64,000 nt of DNA from Octopus bimaculoides (GCF_001194135.2 NC_068984.1:110261321-110325320), one strand, 5' to 3'. Positions 49,326-62,947 are shown, numbered from the stretch's first letter. Notes: a model not told the origin generated them from the sequence alone. Made by a program: numbers and translations.

Positions 49326-50073
49326 NNNNNNNNNNNNNNNNNNNNNNNNNNNNNNNNNNNNNNNNNNNNNNNNNNNNNNNNNNNNNNNNNNNNNNNNNNN
49401 NNNNNNNNNNNNNNNNNNNNNNNNNNNNNNNNNNNNNNNNNNNNNNNNNNNNNNNNNNNNNNNNNNNNNNNNNNNNNNNNNNNNNNNNNNNNNNNNNNNN
49501 NNNNNNNNNNNNNNNNNNNNNNNNNNNNNNNNNNNNNNNNNNNNNNNNNNNNNNNNNNNNNNNNNNNNNNNNNNNNNNNNNNNNNNNNNNNNNNNNNNNN
49601 NNNNNNNNNNNNNNNNNNNNNNNNNNNNNNNNNNNNNNNNNNNNNNNNNNNNNNNNNNNNNNNNNNNNNNNNNNNNNNNNNNNNNNNNNNNNNNNNNNNN
49701 NNNNNNNNNNNNNNNNNNNNNNNNNNNNNNNNNNNNNNNNNNNNNNNNNNNNNNNNNNNNNNNNNNNNNNNNNNNNNNNNNNNNNNNNNNNNNNNNNNNN
49801 NNNNNNNNNNNNNNNNNNNNNNNNNNNNNNNNNNNNNNNNNNNNNNNNNNNNNNNNNNNNNNNNNNNNNNNNNNNNNNNNNNNNNNNNNNNNNNNNNNNN
49901 NNNNNNNNNNNNNNNNNNNNNNNNNNNNNNNNNNNNNNNNNNNNNNNNNNNNNNNNNNNNNNNNNNNNNNNNNNNNNNNNNNNNNNNNNNNNNNNNNNNN
50001 NNNNNNNNNNNNNNNNNNNNNNNNNNNNNNNNNNNNNNNNNNNNAAGAAGAAGAAGAAGAAGAAGAAGAAGAA

Positions 50074-50105
<32 letters not shown>

Positions 50106-50350
50106 ATAAGAAGAAGAAGAGGAAAAAGAAGAAGAAGAAGAAGAAGAAGAAGAAGAAGAAGAAGAAGACGACGAAGAATAAGAATAATAATGATTTCATT
50201 TATTTGCTATGAGGACAGAACATGACGGGGACAATACAGAGATAGCCATAAAGTGTGGGGTTTTACATATAACAATGAAACGATAAAGAAAAATGTATAC
50301 ACTGGGAAAGAGGAGACAGATGCATAGAATACAGAGGTACAAAAAAAAAA

Positions 50351-50590
50351 GCCCTGATACAGTATCAGGCAGTGGCCCTCATGGCTTCTCATCTTAACTG
50401 ATTGGAAGTGTTATCATGTACATGTTTTTTTTTCCTTGGTGCCACTGCAGGGCCACCAGGCACATCGTATATAGAAGTACTTTCCGTAGAGTAGAAATAT
50501 ACACATTGAAAGAAATGACAGGACATATCCAAGGCACACCGAGAGAGCACTGCCTGATAGTGCAGTGAAAGCATGCAGCAAAAATAAGTT
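50351..50590 (+). mobile_element. 5' end of the ~520-bp element fused to an RLE LINE 3' end with (AAT)n tail
   Basis: 50351-50430 matches 28608-28690. 50445-50590 resembles a GTAHI.RK.LS-type terminus plus UTR, followed by a TAA array. Confidence 0.65.
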
Positions 50591-50591
50591 G

Positions 50592-50646
<55 letters not shown>

Positions 50647-50659
50647 TAATGATAATAAT

Positions 50660-51086
50660 AAAAAATGCTTTCTAATTGATGTATCAATACCAGCAGATGA
50701 CAACATTTCCCTAAAAGAAATGGANNNNNNNNNNNNNNNNNNNNNNNNNNNNNNNNNNNNNNNNNNNNNNNNNNNNNNNNNNNNNNNNNNNNNNNNNGGA
50801 AATAGAGGTAATTCGAATGTGGAATCTAAAAACAGAAACAATTCCTATCATAGTAGGTGCCTCAGGTATAATAAAAAAATATTCAGACAAATACATAACA
50901 AAAACACCAGGACTTACAAATATATATAACATACAGAAAATTGCACTACTGGGCACTGCACACATCCTACGCAAAACACTTTCAATACAGTAACCATAAG
51001 AGTATCACAGCAAACCACAGCACATACCCAAGGCGCAGCGCTCGGTAGTGAAGTGAAAGCACATTATAAAAATAAAACTACTGAAC
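50660..51086 (+). pseudogene. 5'-truncated R4-type RLE LINE
   Basis: KKCFLIDVSIPADDNISLKEM-[gap]-EIEVIRMWNLKTETIPIIVGASGIIKKYSDKYITKTPGLTNIYNIQKIALLGTAHILRKTLSIQ*. TAA arrays on both sides. Confidence 0.9.
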
Positions 51087-51132
51087 AATAATAATAATAA
51101 TAATAATAATAATGATGTTGATGATGATGATG

Positions 51133-51176
<44 letters not shown>

Positions 51177-51339
51177 CAATTGAAAAAATAAATTATTTGA
51201 TCAACTGAAAGAAAAACCAAAGATTTAATGTCAATCAAGGAGTGGCTGTTAAATTTTGGCAAGGGAGAATTTCTCTCGTAAACTCGTTAACATCTAGCCA
51301 AGACGGAATAATTGTAGCATCAGTTTTTGCTTTTTTTCT

Positions 51340-53200
51340 TCTTCTGTTTGTTGCAGTGATGAAGATGATGATAGTAGTAGTAGTGATGATGATGATGTAG
51401 TAGTAGTGATGATGATCATGATGATGATGATGTTGTTGTTGATGATGATGATGACGATAAGTCGGTGGATAACCATGGTATTCAGTATAAGTTGGAAGCA
51501 GGGCAAGTGAAATGATGAAGATAACGATCGCAAAAGTGATATCATTGAGATATAAACTAGTCATGAAAAGAATCAACTAAATTGCAATGATGGTGATGTT
51601 GATGATGATGCTGATGGTGGTGGTGGTGGTGGTGATGCTGGTGATGGTGGTGGAGGTGGTAGTGGTGGCGATGGTGGTGATGGTGGTAGTGGCAGTGGTG
51701 GCGGTGGTAGCGGTGGTGATAACAGTGTTAGTGGTGGGGATGATGATGATGATGAGGAGGAGGAGGAGGGTGAAGAAGAAAAGGAAGTGGAAGAGGGAGA
51801 GGAAGAGATCAAAGTGGGAGATAAGAGAGGAGAACAGGGGGAAGAAGGATAGAAAGAGAAGGAAAGAGAAGAGAAGGAGGAAAGAGAAGAGGAAGTTAAG
51901 GAAGAGGAATGAAGATAGGGAGTTGTGGAAGGAGGAGGAAGAGGAAAGGAAGAAGTGGAGGATAAAGAGGATAATAGCAGGAGTAGTGCTCTAAGTGCAG
52001 TGATGGTAGCCATGAATGTGAAGCAGTGATGTTTGTGTTGTTGATCGTTGTGATGATGATGATGGTAGTGGTGATGATAGTGGTGGTAATGCTAGTTGAT
52101 AGTAATGGTGGTGGTGGTGGTGGTGGTGGTGGTAGTAGTATCATCATCATCATCATCATCATCATTGCCATAGTGGTTGTGGTGGTGGTGGTGGTGGTAG
52201 TGGTTGGTAGCATGGTTAAATAATCTTAGCAGGAAGAACATTTATGAAGACAGTTGTTTGGTAATGAAAAAAATAAATNNNNNNNNNNNNNNNNNNNNNN
52301 NNNNNNNNNNNNNNNNNNNNNNNNNNNNNNNNNNNNNNNNNNNNNNNNNNNNNNNNNNNNNNNNNNNNNNNNNNNNNNNNNNNNNNNNNNNNNNNNNNNN
52401 NNNNNNNNNNNNNNNNNNNNNNNNNNNNNNNNNNNNNNNNNNNNNNNNNNNNNNNNNNNNNNNNNNNNNNNNNNNNNNNNNNNNNNNNNNNNNAAAAGAA
52501 TAAGGAGGAGGAGGGGGAGGAGGGGAGAGGAAGGAGGGGGAGAGGAAGGAAGAGATGGAGAGGAATGAGGAGGAAGAGGGGGAAGAAGGAAAAGAAGAGG
52601 AAGATGATGAAGAAGAAGAAGAAGAAGAAGAAGAAGAAGAAGAAGAAGAAGAAGAAGGATGAGGAGGACAAGAAAGAGAAAAAGAAGTGAAACAACAAGG
52701 GCAACACTGACAACAACAACAATGAAAATTGAAGTAGAAAAATGAAGAAGCAGCAAAAGAAGTAAAAGGAGGAGGAGAGGTGGTGAAGAAGGAGGAGGAG
52801 GAGGAGAAGGAAGAGAAGAAGACGATAAAAAGAAGGAGTAGGAGAAGAAGACAAAAAAGAAGGAGTAGGAGGAGGAGAAGAAAACAAAAAGGAGGAGGAA
52901 GAGGAGACAAAAAAGAAGGAGGAGGAGGAGGAGAAGAAAACAAAAAATGAGGAGGAGGATGTGGAGAAGGAGAAAGAGAAGTAGAAGAAATAGAAGAAGA
53001 AGTAGAAGAAGAAGAAGAAGAAGAAGAAGAAGAAGAAGAAACAACAACAATAACAACAACAAACAACAACAGCAACAGCAACAAGAATAAGAAGAAGGAA
53101 AGAAAGAAGAAGATGGTGCAGAAGAAGAAGAATGAAAAATAAAGAATGAAGTAGAAGAGAAGAGTCAGAAATGGAAAAGGAAGAAATTAAAATGAAAAAA
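51340..53200. repeat. ~1.9-kb mosaic of trinucleotide and purine-rich repeats (GAT, GGT, GAG, GAA, CAA)
   Basis: Directly visible. The plus strand is almost entirely purine over long stretches. Confidence 0.95.
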
Positions 53201-53232
53201 AACAAAAGTTACAGAGAGGAAAATGTAGAAGA

Positions 53233-53625
53233 GAGTGGCTGTGTGGTAAGTAGCTTGCTTACCAACCACATGGTCCCGGGTTCAGTCCCACTGCGTGGCA
53301 TCTTGGGCAAGTGTCTTCTACTATAGCCTCGGGCCGACCAAAGCCTTGTGAGTGGATTTGGTAGACGGAAACTGAAAGAAGCCCGTCGTATATATGTATA
53401 TATATATATATATATATAAGTATGTGTGTTTGTGTGCGTGTGTTTGTCCCCCCACTATCGCTTGACAACCGATGCTGGTGTGTTTATGTCACTGTAACTT
53501 AGCGGTTCGGCAAAAGAGACCGATAGAATAAGTACTAGACTTCTAAAGAATAAGTCCTGGGGTCGATTTGCTCGACTAAAGGTGGTGCTCCAGCATGGCC
53601 ACAGTCAAAAGACAGAAACAAGTAA
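53233..53625 (+). mobile_element. Near full-length SINE family B
   Basis: Collinear with 26455-26828. Confidence 0.93.
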
Positions 53626-54156
53626 AATAGTAAAATAGTAAAATAGTAGATATCAGTTATCAGATAAAACAAAAAAAAAAAGTATTATTTCAAACACTAA
53701 TCTAATGATTGAATATTGATGGTGGAAGGGAGGGTAATTTAAGCTTTTTCTTATTTGTTTATGAATTTATTTATATAACGTATTTCAGTTTTTAAAAATT
53801 TTTTATTATCATCATCATCACAGACACACACACACGTGTTCACTCATACATAGACTTGTATACATTCGGAGGAAATAAACACACAGAATGCATATGTACT
53901 AAACCATAACACATTCATGCTTACTCACACACATAAATACATGCGGACATGTGTATAGAATAAACAACGAAAAGCAGCATAATTTCGTAATAAAAAAAAA
54001 ATATTTGGAAAGAATTAAGAGACGTAGTTTGTTTGTATTGCGAGTAATATCATCTTGTCTCCTTCCATGTATGTCATTATCTGTTTCTTAAAGAAATCCT
54101 TTATAGCAAAAGAAAATAAAGTATATAGACATATACACACCAATATATATGTATAT

Positions 54157-54193
<37 letters not shown>

Positions 54194-55599
54194 NNNNNNN
54201 NNNNNNNNNNNNNNNNNNNNNNNNNNNNNNNNNNNNNNNNNNNNNNNNNNNNNNNNNNNNNNNNNNNNNNNNNNNNNNNNNNNNNNNNNNNNNNNNNNNN
54301 NNNNNNNNNNNNNNNNNNNNNNNNNNNNNNNNNNNNNNNNNNNNNNNNNNNNNNNNNNNNNNNNNNNNNNNNNNNNNNNNNNNNNNNNNNNNNNNNNNNN
54401 NNNNNNNNNNNNNNNNNNNNNNNNNNNNNNNNNNNNNNNNNNNNNNNNNNNNNNNNNNNNNNNNNNNNNNNNNNNNNNNNNNNNNNNNNNNNNNNNNNNN
54501 NNNNNNNNNNNNNNNNNNNNNNNNNNNNNNNNNNNNNNNNNNNNNNNNNNNNNNNNNNNNNNNNNNNNNNNNNNNNNNNNNNNNNNNNNNNNNNNNNNNN
54601 NNNNNNNNTATATGTAGAAGCCTGTAGAAGCCTGTAGAAGCCAGAAATCCAGGATTTGGAATTATCTTGTTATTTTTACTGGTTTATTTGGTCTTCGTCT
54701 TCGCTACTCGTGCTATGTGGACATTTATTGTGGTTTTAGAGTCAGGATTTGACTGCTATTTTTCAGCGTGGTGGTATCTCTTAGATACCCTGTATTATAA
54801 TTTAAAATAATTATTACCTTTGATGGTTTTTATTCCCATGCTGACCACTTGATAGGATCAATATTTTAAATATTGATCTTATCCTTATTTATATAAATAT
54901 ATATATGTAGATGTAGGTATCTATATATACATGCATATGCTTATATATCATTTGTATTATATCTATATATATACAGACACATAAACATTTGTATTTATAT
55001 TTGTTTAAATGTATATATAAATATATGCATATGTATATGTGTATAAATATATATGTATATATATGTGTGTGTGTGTATATATATATATACATACATATAA
55101 ACATTTTTTAAAAATGAAAGGAACTTGTAATTTATTTAAACAGATGTTACTTCTTAATTTGGTGTGTGGTGGTGGTGGAGATGGTAGTGACACTGGTAAG
55201 TGGGTGGGGCCAATGGTAAAATAGCAAGTTGTCAATTGCAAGTTACTACTATGATGACAAATAAACATAGCTTTAAGACTCAACTGCAGTATTTTAATCG
55301 TTGAAGGTTGAAGGTATTTAGACCTTGTGGTTAGGATGCTGCATTCATGATCATAAAATAATGCTTTCAGTTCCAAGACTGTGTTGCACATTGTGCTCTT
55401 TTGCTAAATACATTCTTCTGGTCTATTAAGTTGTGAAATTCATTCGGGCAATAGCTGTGAAGTTAACCCTGCAATGGACTAGCATTCCGTTCAGTGGACA
55501 GGGGTTGTTATCTCAGTTACTTATACACCATAGAAAATGGGTTGAGCTCTGCCCTTATAAGTTCTAAGGTTCATGGCAAAGTTAAGTCAATGTGATTTA

Positions 55600-56100
55600 C
55601 AGTCATAATAGCCTTTTTTCAAATTTTGGTACAGGACCAACAAGTTCAGGGGAGGATGTCACTTGATTACATTGATTCCAGTGTTAAAATGGTTCTTATT
55701 TTATAAACCCTAAAATGATGAATGGCAAAGTCGACCTCGGAAGAATTTGATATTTACTGTATTGGTATCAGTAAATTGGTTAAGACATCAAGCTGGCAGA
55801 ATCATTCCTACACTGCAAAAATTGCTAAGTGGTATTTCTTCTAACATTGGGTTGTGAGTTCAAATGCTGCTGGGGTTGATGTTGCCTTTTGCTCTTTCAG
55901 AATCAATAAAATAGGTACCAGTTGAACACTGGGGTCGATGTAATTGACTTGCCCATCTCCTTCAAAATTAGTAACTTTGTTAAGGTGGCAACTGGCCAAG
56001 GCCTGTAGTAGAAGACACTTACCTGAAGTGCTGTTCAATTGGAGTTAACCAAAAACCACATGGTTGTAAAGCTAGGCTGTTAACCACACAGCCGTGCTAT
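55600..56100. mobile_element. Cluster of SINE fragments: family A minus, family A plus, family B head minus
   Basis: GGCAAAGTCGACCTCGG (55726), AGCTGGCAGAATC...GGGGTCGATGTAATTGAC (55790-55980), TAACCACACAGCC (56080). Confidence 0.75.
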
Positions 56101-56113
56101 GCCTATACACATG

Positions 56114-56146
<33 letters not shown>

Positions 56147-56339
56147 CTATATAAAATGGACTATATACTTGTTGTAATTTAGTTATCTATAGATAAGTAA
56201 ATTACAACAGGTATATAGTCCATTTTTTTATATTATAGTGCATTGTTGTACCATTCAAAACTTTTTATTCATTACAATCAATACACAATGCTTCAAGCGA
56301 ACTACAATACTCTCCTATATATATATACACACGCCATTC

Positions 56340-56700
56340 TCATCCTCCTCATCATCATTTAATGAACGTTTTTCATGCTGGCTTGGACTAGATGGTTTGA
56401 CAGGAGCTAGTAATCCAGAGAGTCACACCAGGCTCCAGTCGTCTGTTTTGGCATGGTTCCTATGGCTGGGTGCTCATCCTAATGCCAACCAATTTACAGA
56501 GCATACTGGGTGATTTTTTATGCAGTGCCAGCACTGGTGCTTATTACATGCACATTATATGGTGCAGGCACAGGTGCTCTTTTTCACATGGCACCAACAT
56601 CGGTGCTTTTAACATGACACATACGCATTTTATGTGGCACTGGCATGGGTGCCTTCCATGTGGTACTCACAATGGTGCTTTTTAGGTGGCACCAGTAACC
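56340..56700 (-). mobile_element. SINE-like family E (contains TGCCCTTCCTAATGCCAACC-like motif)
   Basis: Similar to 60830-61320 (GATGGTTTGAC...CACCAG.CTCCAGTC...CTAATGCCAACCA), with internal GGCACC-type subrepeats. Confidence 0.65.
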
Positions 56701-57424
56701 CACAGGGTTGCCAAGGATGTCTCAGCTGAGAGAGGGAGAGGAACTGTGTGAAGTGGATGTATTCCCAGTGAGTCGTTGGTGTATGATAAAGGGTGGGGGA
56801 TAGCTGTCTTACTACAGTGGAGATACTTGTTTACCCAAGTAGGACAAGGAAGAAGCGAAAGATGGAAGAGAGAGAAAGAGAGCGGGAGATACAGAGAGAT
56901 AGAGAGAGGACCTACCCACATGGAACAGTGCTGGTGGGAGCACAGAGGTGATACAGGAGATATACCACAAGAATGAGAGGGGAGATATTTAGAGATAGCA
57001 AGTGATGTTGAGAGGAACTGGTGGGGCTTGCAGTGGGTGGTGGTGATTTTGGAGTGATGGTCGTAGGTGAGTTTTGCCAGAGGACAGAATTATACATATG
57101 TACACACACACACACACACAATAATAATAATAGTCATAAGGATTATTACGAAATAGCATTAGCATTACCTTTAATTCCTTTATATAGAGAGTGAGAGCTA
57201 CAAATAGACCTACACATGCTTCTACAGCATCGATTAGTAACCATAGCAATCGCAACCTTATAATAGTACTGGTGCAGTTTCTTCAGGGTTTCTCTTTAAT
57301 ATCCTTTGATTTAACTGTTTAAAGATTTTAATTTATCTACTATGGGTTGTATGATGTGGAGTTGTCCGTTAATTTAGACAGAAATTATCTTCAATTCAAT
57401 TCAAGTTTTGATTGGATAATCACT

Positions 57425-57521
<97 letters not shown>

Positions 57522-58533
57522 ATATATATACATACATATATATATGCATATATTTATGTGTGTCTTTGTGTCTGTGTTTGTCCCCACCATTACTGATTGA
57601 CAACTGTTGTTGGTGTGTTTATGTCCCCATACCTTAGTGGTTCAGTAAAAGAGACCAACACAATATAAATTAACCTTGAGAAATAAGTCCTGGGGGGGGC
57701 GATTTGTTCAACTAAGGAGGCAGTGCTCCAGCATGGCTGCAGTCAAATGACTGAAACAAATAAAAGAGTAAAAATGTATATATATACATATATACATATA
57801 TATTTATTTATTTATATTATTTTCTCTTTCAGGGAAATTGTCTCCTATTTCATACAAGCTTAACAGACTTGTAGAAAATTGCTCTTTTCAATTTGGCAAG
57901 GGGATGTTCTTTTGTTACAAAAACCTTTACAATGAAAGCAAGAATTCACCTTTACAAACAAGGAATATTCAGAAACTTAGAGTCAAGTGCATTGTGCTAA
58001 AAATCAAACAAATTCACTCTGATATGTAGTTGAATTCTTGACATATAGGTTGTGCTACTCAAGTACATTGCCCACTTGCTGGCTGTTTCGCATCTACAGA
58101 GATGGTTATTTTGCATATAATTCATTGTGTAAGCTAGTGTAGGAGAGGTTTTGCTGAAGCCATTATTTTTGTGATATTAGTTGTTCAGAATGTGTTTCTT
58201 TCACTGAGAGGTATGATTCGCACAGACAAGGCAAAACAATGCAGAGAGAGAGAGAGAGAGAGAAAGAAAAGAGAGAGAGAGAGAGAGTATGTTTGTGGTT
58301 AGGTATAAAAATCATGACCATATGATCTGAGATGCATAACCATCCAAACTGTCACTCACATATGTACACACACACACGCGCACACACGTGCATGCACACA
58401 CACACATACATACATACATACATACATACATACNNNNNNNNNNNNNNNNNNNNNNNNNNNNNNNNNNNNNNNNNNNNNNNNNNNNNNNNNNNNNNNNNNN
58501 NNNNNNNNNNNNNNNNNNNNNNNNNNNNNNNNN

Positions 58534-59170
58534 AGAAGTAAGAGCTGCTGGAATTCCACATATACTCATCGTCAGGGAACCAAAACATAAAAGCAAGACA
58601 AATGCGAAATGATGAGCTAACTTACGAGCTATAATGTTACATGGCCAAGTAAGTGACAGTTAGAAGTAAGAACGCTTGTTTACATAGAGTTATAAAGGGA
58701 GGGGGCTGTAAACGTAATACTAAAGGTTTGAATTAAATGATTAAAATGGGGGGAGGAGGGCAAAATAGATCACAGTAGAGTAAACTAGAAGTCGTAAGCT
58801 AATTGCTAAGCCAAAAGTGGAGGAAGGGAGAGAACCAAGAGAGTTCATCAAATACAAAAAGATTTTCTCCTCAAGGAAAAAAACTAATGACATACTTAAT
58901 ACAAAGTGAAGAAAGTAAATATAAAAAATAAATAAAGCATCATAGCCTAGTAATATAATATATTATTATACGGATATTAACACTAGTTAATGGTAAAACA
59001 AGGTACAGGATATTTAGTGGAGAAATAATAATGATAATAATGTGCACGCTTACAAGAAGGTCGGAAATACTTAGTTCAAGTTACCAATGGTACGAACAAC
59101 AACCAGTGTGGCATTACTAGGAAGAATTTACTTAGCTAACTGTAGAAGGGGAAAATAAAGAACAAGTGGT
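58534..59170 (-). mobile_element. Probable Penelope pseudo-LTR abutting a gap
   Basis: Minus strand reads CCCTGACGATGAGTATATGTGGAATTCCAGCAGCTCTTACTT, a hammerhead-like core plus stem II, next to a (TACA)n array and gap. Family call is inference. Confidence 0.4.
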
Positions 59171-59183
59171 GATTGAGGCAGAA

Positions 59184-59222
<39 letters not shown>

Positions 59223-60161
59223 NNNNNNNNNNNNNNNNNNNNNNNNNNNNNNNNNNNNNNNNNNNNNNNNNNNNNNNNNNNNNNNNNNNNNNNNNNNNNN
59301 NNNNNNNNNNNNNNNNNNNNNNNNNNNNNNNNNNNNNNNNNNNNNNNNNNNNNNNNNNNNNNNNNNNNNNNNNNNNNNNNNNNNNNNNNNNNNNNNNNNN
59401 NNNNNNNNNNNNNNNNNNNNNNNNNNNNNNNNNNNNNNNNNNNNNNNNNNNNNNNNNNNNNNNNNNNNNNNNNNNNNNNNNNNNNNNNNNNNNNNNNNNN
59501 NNNNNNNNNNNNNNNNNNNNNNNNNNNNNNNNNNNNNNNNNNNNNNNNNNNNNNNNNNNNNNNNNNNNNNNNNNNNNNNNNNNNNNNNNNNNNNNNNNNN
59601 NNNNNNNNNNNNNNNNNNNNNNNNNNNNNNNNNNNNNNNNNNNNNNNNNNNNNNNNNNNNNNNNNNNNNNNNNNNNNNNNNNNNNNNNNNNNNNNNNNNN
59701 NNNNNNNNNNNNNNNNNNNNNNNNNNNNNNNNNNNNNNNNNNNNNNNNNNNNNNNNNNNNNNNNNNNNNNNNNNNNNNNNNNNNNNNNNNNNNNNNNNNN
59801 NNNNNNNNNNNNNNNNNNNNNNNNNNNNNNNNNNNNNNNNNNNNNNNNNNNNNNNATATATACCAGGGAATCTGGGGAAACTGACCCAAGGAGTCTATAA
59901 GATTCAAGAAGGAGCCCTATCTTTTATCACTTCATAAATATAGGTTTAGTTATACAGCCATACGTTTACATACAGTAGAGAAATAACCCACTTTATATTC
60001 ATAGATATTAAATTGAATATCAAATTTAATAGATATTTGTTTTAATAGATACGAATATAGATTGGGTTGCTCCCCAATATTTTCAACAATGTAACTGCAT
60101 AAATATACATGTGGATATACATACATACAACCATCCATCCATAAATACATACATACATACA

Positions 60162-60197
<36 letters not shown>

Positions 60198-60404
60198 CAT
60201 GCTACATACATACATAGATGCATACACATCCATGCATGCACACACATCTATGTATATAATTGCAGGCATGACTATGGAGTTAAGAAGTTTGCTTCACATC
60301 TATACAAATACACACACACACACACACACAGAGTTTTATATATCTGTGAGTGTGTGCCGTTGTATTTGTGTGTGTGTTTATGTGTATGTAGTGAAGGTGC
60401 TTGG

Positions 60405-60560
60405 CTTGGTGGTTAGGGAGTTGCACTCTTGATCGTGTGATCATAGTTTCAACTCCCAGGTCAGGCTCTACATTGTGTTCTTGAGCAAAGCACTTCATTT
60501 TACATTGCTCCATTCCACTCACATGTAAATGAGTAATTATGTGATGGACTGACTTACAAA
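60405..60560 (+). mobile_element. SINE family D
   Basis: TGGCTTGGTGGTTAGGG...GTTTCAACTCCC...TTCTTGAGCAAAGCACTTCATTTTAC. Confidence 0.75.
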
Positions 60561-60829
60561 GTTGTGATGGTGACTCAAGAAAATCACATGAATAGAGGTC
60601 TTTTATGTATATACCTGTATATATGTGTATATATATATATATCTATATATACACATATAGATATAGGTATGTATATATGCATAGGTATGTACATAGGCAT
60701 AGATAGATGTCTATATACATATGTGTAATAAAAAAGGAGGAAGAAAATTTCGATTATCCTCACTTGGTGAGTTATAATTCCAAAAGATATGTATATAAAA
60801 TAAAAGAAGGAAAATGCACACAGCTTACG

Positions 60830-61320
60830 TAGTTGGATGGTTTGACTGGGGTCTGGGAAGCCAGGAGGCTGCACCAGACTCCAGTCTGATCTAGCAGTGT
60901 TTCTACAGCTAGATACCCTTCTTAATGCCAACCACTCCATGAGTGTAGTGAGTGCTTTTTAGGTGCCACCGATACAGGGGCCAGACGAGGCTGGCAATAG
61001 CCACGATTGGTTGGTGCTTTTTATGTGCCACCAGCATGGAAGCCAGTCAAGACAGCACTGGCATCAGCCACATTTGGATGGTGCTTTTTACGTGCCACTG
61101 GTACGGCTATCACAACTACAATTTCCATTTTGATGTTGATGTACTTGACTCAATAGGTCTCCTCAAGCACAGCAGGTCACCCACGATCCAAGGTGCTTTA
61201 GAATGGGCTGCGGCTGGTTATGCAAAACTCGTGTTGGATACAGCTGTGAACTCACTTTATTTGCCGGGTCTTTGCAGTCACAAAATACAAAAGAAGCTGT
61301 TTCAACACATGGTTTCATAT
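60830..61320 (-). mobile_element. SINE-like family E
   Basis: Homologous to 56340-56700. Confidence 0.65.
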
Positions 61321-61407
61321 CACAAATCTTGAAAATCAAATGCAAAACAAAATATTTATATAATTGTAATAACATGTACTAAGTCCTTTCATAGTAGAGA
61401 ATGAGTG

Positions 61408-61650
61408 ATAATGTTTTATAACATTTCAATAATTCTTTAATAATGTTTTATAACCTTTCAATAATATTTTAATAATGTTTTATAACATTTCAATAATGTT
61501 TTAATAATGTTTTATAACATTTCAATAATGTTTTAATAATGTTTTATAACCTTTCAATAATGTTTTAGTAACATTTTATAACCTTTCAATAATGTTTTAA
61601 TAATGTTTATAACGTTTCAATAATGTTTTAATAATGTTGTAATAATGTAT
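61408..61650. repeat. 32-bp AT-rich minisatellite, about 7.5 copies
   Basis: Unit AATAATGTTTTATAACATTTCAATAATGTTTT, directly visible. Confidence 0.92.
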
Positions 61651-62027
61651 CATAATTTTATAAAACTTTACTTGGTACCTTAGTAGCAACCCTTAACCAT
61701 AGACCATAGTGTCACAGCAGTCAACTATATTTTGTAAAAAGATTGTCAATAAAGTTTTTCACAATATATCTTGCAGTTGCTTAAATGTGAAGTTATGTTT
61801 TATATATTTCATAGGATTTTTTTATGGTTTACTTATTTTTATCCATGTCTTTACAAGGAGCTAAATTAGAGTTTTAATTTACCGCATTCAAAAGAAAATT
61901 AATGAAGGAAAATAAGGTTCTAAATAGCTCTGTTAAGTGTATATCTACATGCATGTATATGCATGTATGTGCATGTGAGTCTGTATGTGTATGTGGTATG
62001 TCTGTATACATGCATGCATATATATAA

Positions 62028-62079
<52 letters not shown>

Positions 62080-62947
62080 TATATATATATATACATACAT
62101 ATATATATGTATATCCCTCTCTCTCTCTCTAGATATATATATATATANNNNNNNNNNNNNNNNNNNNNNNNNNNNNNNNNNNNNNNNNNNNNNNNNNNNN
62201 NNNNNNNNNNNNNNNNNNNNNNNNNNNNNNNNNNNNNNNNNNNNNNNNNNNNNNNNNNNNNNNNNNNNNNNNNNNNNNNNNNNNNNNNNNNNNNNNNNNN
62301 NNNNNNNNNNNNNNNNNNNNNNNNNNNNNNNNNNNNNNNNNNNNNNNNNNNNNNNNNNNNNNNNNNNNNNNNNNNNNNNNNNNNNNNNNNNNNNNNNNNN
62401 NNNNNNNNNNNNNNNNNNNNNNNNNNNNNNNNNNNNNNNNNNNNNNNNNNNNNNNNNNNNNNNNNNNNNNNNNNNNNNNNNNNNNNNNNNNNNNNNNNNN
62501 NNNNNNNNNNNNNNNNNNNNNNNNNNNNNNNNNNNNNNNNNNNNNNNNNNNNNNNNNNNNNNNNNNNNNNNNNNNNNNNNNNNNNNNNNNNNNNNNNNNN
62601 NNNNNNNNNNNNNNNNNNNNNNNNNNNNNNNNNNNNNNNNNNNNNNNNNNNNNNNNNNNNNNNNNNNNNNNNNNNNNNNNNNNNNNNNNNNNNNNNNNNN
62701 NNNNNNNNNNNNNNNNNNNNNNNNNNNNNNNNNNNNNNNNNNNNNNNNNNNNNNNNNNNNNNNNNNNNNNNNNNNNNNNNNNNNNNNNNNNNNNNNNNNN
62801 NNNNNNNNNNNNNNNNNNNNNNNNNNNNNNNNNNNNNNNNNNNNNNNNNNNNNNNNNNNNNNNNNNNNNNNNNNNNNNNNNNNNNNNNNNNNNNNNNNNN
62901 NNNNNNNNNNNNNNNNNNNNNNNNNNNNNNNNNNNNNNNNNNNNNNN

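Noticed and set aside
57831-58029. Terminal exon (strong acceptor plus 65 open codons)
   Set aside because: Not recognisable as a host protein. An adjacent frame gives FTNKEYSET, resembling decayed Penelope GIY-YIG sequence, so the open frame is probably incidental.
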